This document shows, piece by piece, positions 60,486-64,000 of a DNA stretch of 64,000 bases. A program made the translations under genes and the position numbers. The DNA lies in contig NC_092374.1 in NCBI RefSeq assembly GCF_030028105.1, forward strand, positions 186,032,638 through 186,096,637, written 5' to 3'. The notes beneath the pieces are model-generated. The model was given only the letters and a program-made list of their open reading frames with translations, made no database searches and was not told the origin of the DNA. This DNA comes from Mobula birostris (Eukaryota). Numbering within the stretch: the stretch's first letter is position 1; each line of letters begins with the position of its first letter.

Positions 60486-63400
60486 CTATATTTATTATTA
60501 TTATTACTATTTATTTTTTGCTTTTGTTTTCTATTTGCGTAGTTTGATACTTTTTCTGCACACTGGTTGTTGTCCATTCTGTTGGGTGCAGTCTTTCATT
60601 GACTCTGTTGTGTTTTTTTGTATTTACTGTGATTGCCCACAAGTAAGTGAATCTCAGGGTCGTATACGGTGACATATATGTACTTTGATCATAAATTTAC
60701 TTTGAGCTTTGAAGGTCATGTGCAAAGTAGAGAATACATTAACTCCACATTGAATTCAATGTATTTTGTCGTATCTGGTGATGCTGCTGTATTCAGACAT
60801 CCTGACGAGGATAAGGACATTTTCTGTCAATTGGGTGTCCCAGTGAAGCCATGAGTGGAGCCACTACTTCACTGCTCCAGTGACCCAGATTCAATGCACT
60901 CTCCTCTCTGTGGAGTTTGCACGTTCTCCCTGTGACTATGGTATTCTCCCAGGCGCTATGGTTTCCTCTCGCATCCCAAGCTTGGTTGATAAGTTAACTG
61001 GAACTGGTGTATGGCTGAGGGGTGGGATCTTGGAGTTGCTGGGAATGTAGGGAGAACAAAACCAATCTAGGATTAGTGTTAGATGGATGGTCAGCACGGA
61101 CTCAATGGGATGAAGGGCCTATTCCCCTGCTGTATCTCCCTCTGACTTGAATTTGTTTTGATCAATCACTCACTCTATCTGACCGTCTCAGTGTTTATCT
61201 GTCTACCTTACTCTGTCTAAATATAATCAACTCCAAGGAGGTGGTTGTGAAAAACGTACAGGAATAAATGAGACAAACTGTGTAAGAAGTGCAAGGCTAA
61301 ACAATGTTTTATTCATTCTAGAAAGAAATGTTTGTATGAGCAGGAAATCAAAGGATCAGGACTACGGCAGGTAATGAATTGTTTTTAGTTGAATGTTGTG
61401 GGTTTTTAACTGCTGGTCTAACATTGAATTAATATGAGCTGAGAACCACACTGGTGGACAGATCAATCCAGAGTACACTTTTACGCTGTGTTAATAATCT
61501 CACAGACAATTGTCTACAACTTATTACACATGTTATTTCTTGTGTTTGTGATTTGCTGTCTAAATCGATATTGTTCCCGTGGGGGTATCCAGTTACTCTA
61601 TGTTACAAGTGAATTATATTTCTTTCAGAAACAGAAACTTTCAACCCGGAGAAGACTCAAAGATGGATCATGTTCTGTCATTGCTCTCAGAAGAGTCATA
61701 ATCTCTCGATGTGATGATCTTTGCTGTCACTCAGCTGTGTCAGGTAGACCTTCAACCAATAGTCCCCCCCCCCTTTATCTTTCCCCATATTGGTTTTTCA
61801 CCTGGAACCCACCAGCCTTCTCCTTCCCACCCTTCCCCCACCTTCTTTATAGGGCCTCTGCCCCTTCCCTCTTCAGTCCTGACGAAGGTTTCCAGCCCGA
61901 AATGTTGACTGATCGTTTCGACAGATGCTGCCCGACCTGCTGAGTTCCTCCAGCGTGTTGTGAGTGCTTATCCTGATGCTGTTTGCTATGGGCTGTATTA
62001 TGACATAATAGAGTTCATTGGGTGACTGTGATGGTAACAGAGGGGATATTGGAGTGACGGGGGGAGAGCATCAGGGTATAAAAGTGATTTGGGAGGTGGG
62101 GGGAGAGGCGTGAGAGGGTGGTTTGCGAAGATGATTACATCTGATTAGATTATGAGGACACTCAGTCCTCATTTATTGTCATTTAGAATTGCATGCATTA
62201 AGAAATGATGCAATGTTCCTCCAGAGTGATATCACAAAAAAAGCAGGACAAACGAAAGACTAACACTAACAAGACCACATAATTATAACATATAGTTACA
62301 ACAGTTCAAAGCAATACCGTAATTTGATAATGAGCAGACAATACGTACGGTAAATAAAAGTCTCAAAGTTCCGATTGACTCCCGATAGTCCCGATAGCAG
62401 GCGGCAAAAGGGAGAGACTCTCCCTGCCATAAACCTCCAGGCACCGACAACTGCCGATGCATTGGAAGCACCCGACCACAGCCGACTCTGAGTCCGTGCG
62501 AAAACTTCGAGCCTACAATCTGCCCTCCAACGCCGAGCACCACCTCTGCCGAGTGCTTCAACCCCACCCTGGCCACCGAGCAAGAAGCAAAGCCGAGGAC
62601 TCAGGGCTTTCCCCTCCGGAGATTCTGGATCATACAGTAGCAGTGGCAGCGAAGAAGGCATTTCAGAAGTTTCTCCAGATGTTCCTCCATGCTCTCACGT
62701 CTGTCTCCATCAAATCAGGATTGTGCACGGCACCCTACTTGACAGATAACAGATATCATTTCACCGGAGTGGCCGCTGTGCGCTGCATCACACTGCCATC
62801 TTCTCTTCCCTGATATCAGGACACCTGGCTAATGTCTGTGGAAATACGGCTCAGATCACTTTGCAACTTCCATAAACTACCCATAATAGTTGGTAATTGG
62901 TTTATCATTGTCACATACATTGAGATGGAGTGAGAATCTTCCAGTTCTGCATTCTAGATGAACAGATTACTCTACACAGAAGTACTGATAGGAAAAGAGG
63001 CAATAAATGAATGCAGAACATATTGGTACAGGAAGTACAGTGCAGATGGACAAACAAGGTGCAGAGGCAACAACGAAGTAGACCGTGAGATTGTGTTTGC
63101 CTTAATCATTCAAGTGCTCTGTTCACAAGTCTGAATACAGCAGGTTAAAATCTATACGTAATACCAGAGGTGTGCATACCCGAGTGTTTCTGTCTTCTGC
63201 TGGAAGAGAGTTTGGAGATGAGAGAAAGGCCAGATTGGGAATGGTGTGTGATTATAAGACCAAAAGACACGGTAGCAGAATTAGGCCATTCAGCCCATTG
63301 AGCCTGCTCTGCCATTGCATCATGAGTGATTTATTTTCCCTCTCTACACCATTCTCTTGTCTTGAGGGCCGTAGTAATGGAAAAAAAATCAACCTGTTGT

Positions 63401-63911
63401 TAAGTATACCAAATGGCCGCCACAGCCACCTGTGGCATTAAATTTCACACATTCACCACCAAAACCACTAAAGAAATTCCTCCTCATACCCGTTCTAAAG
63501 AGACATCCTTTCACTCTGAGGTTGTGCCCTCGGGTCTGAGTCTCTCCCCTATTAGGAACATTAGGTTAGAGTTCAAGTTTATTGTCGTCTGACTGTACAT
63601 AGATACAAAAACGAAACAATGCTCCTGTAGTCAATGGTGCACCCACAAAACATACAACACACAGCACATCAATCAAAATATTACCATAAATAAGTTAATA
63701 AATTAGAAATCAAAATCATGCAGCACAGGTAAAGAGTAAACAGTAGAATATACAGTAAACCACACACTGACCCTGGTGATGAGACCTCAGTGGTGTCAGG
63801 GTATTCATTAGTTTCACAGTCTGAGGGAAGAAGGTGTTCCCCAGTCTGGCATCCTAGAACTGATGCTTCTGTACCTCCTTCCAGATGATAGTGGGTCAAA
63901 GAGATTTTCTT

Positions 63912-64000
63912 CATGTACACCTCGCTCTGTTCTTCTGCCTGCTCTGGATTCTTCATGGACACCCCGCTCTGGTCTTCTGCCTGCTCTGGATTCTTCATGG
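63912..64000. repeat. 42-bp tandem repeat, at least 2 copies, runs off the window end
   Basis: catgtacacctcgctctgttcttctgcctgctctggattctt | catggacaccccgctctggtcttctgcctgctctggattctt | catgg. Confidence 0.85.

Noticed and set aside
60760-60850. Weakly hydrophobic segment (ILSYLVMLLYSDILTRIRT) as a paralog TM exon
   Set aside because: No suitable upstream acceptor, and the similarity to gene 1 TM2 is too weak.
61488-61943. 151-aa ORF
   Set aside because: It is a mosaic of AT-rich intron-like sequence and a Penelope repeat, with no coherent domain.
1-64000. CRISPR array, rRNA, bona fide tRNA gene or prokaryotic operon
   Set aside because: There is no repeat-spacer array or rRNA signature. 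The tRNA-like sequence is a SINE head, and the DNA is intron-containing vertebrate sequence.

Overview
Eukaryotic, repeat-dominated DNA. The repeat families (CR1 LINEs, Penelope-like elements, Rex1/Babar, Tx1/L1, a SCAN-gag Gypsy, hAT, tRNA-SINEs) suggest a cartilaginous fish, probably a ray; this is an inference. Most ORFs in the supplied track are retroelement fragments or their antisense. Among the repeats is a + strand spliced gene that I assembled by hand from GT-AG sites: 7194-7251, 19031-19339, 21529-21789, 26598-26699, 28135-28248, 30537-30644, 30848-30934, 31674-31772, 33165-33295. This gives 1269 nt (422 aa) with all introns in phase 1. The product is a signal peptide, a Cys-less CD2/SLAM/CEACAM-type IgV, an IgC2, five single-exon transmembrane helices and an acidic tail. 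That is a two-Ig-domain receptor with a CD47-like 5-TM module, an architecture I do not recognise as a named gene. The 3' tail exon(s) are the least certain part. A second leader exon with the same splice junction, but an in-frame TGA, lies at 54637-54772 and suggests a tandem paralog. About a dozen Penelope terminal repeats carry minimal hammerhead-ribozyme motifs. There is no CRISPR, rRNA or prokaryotic content. Repeat boundaries are approximate unless TSDs/TIRs are quoted.
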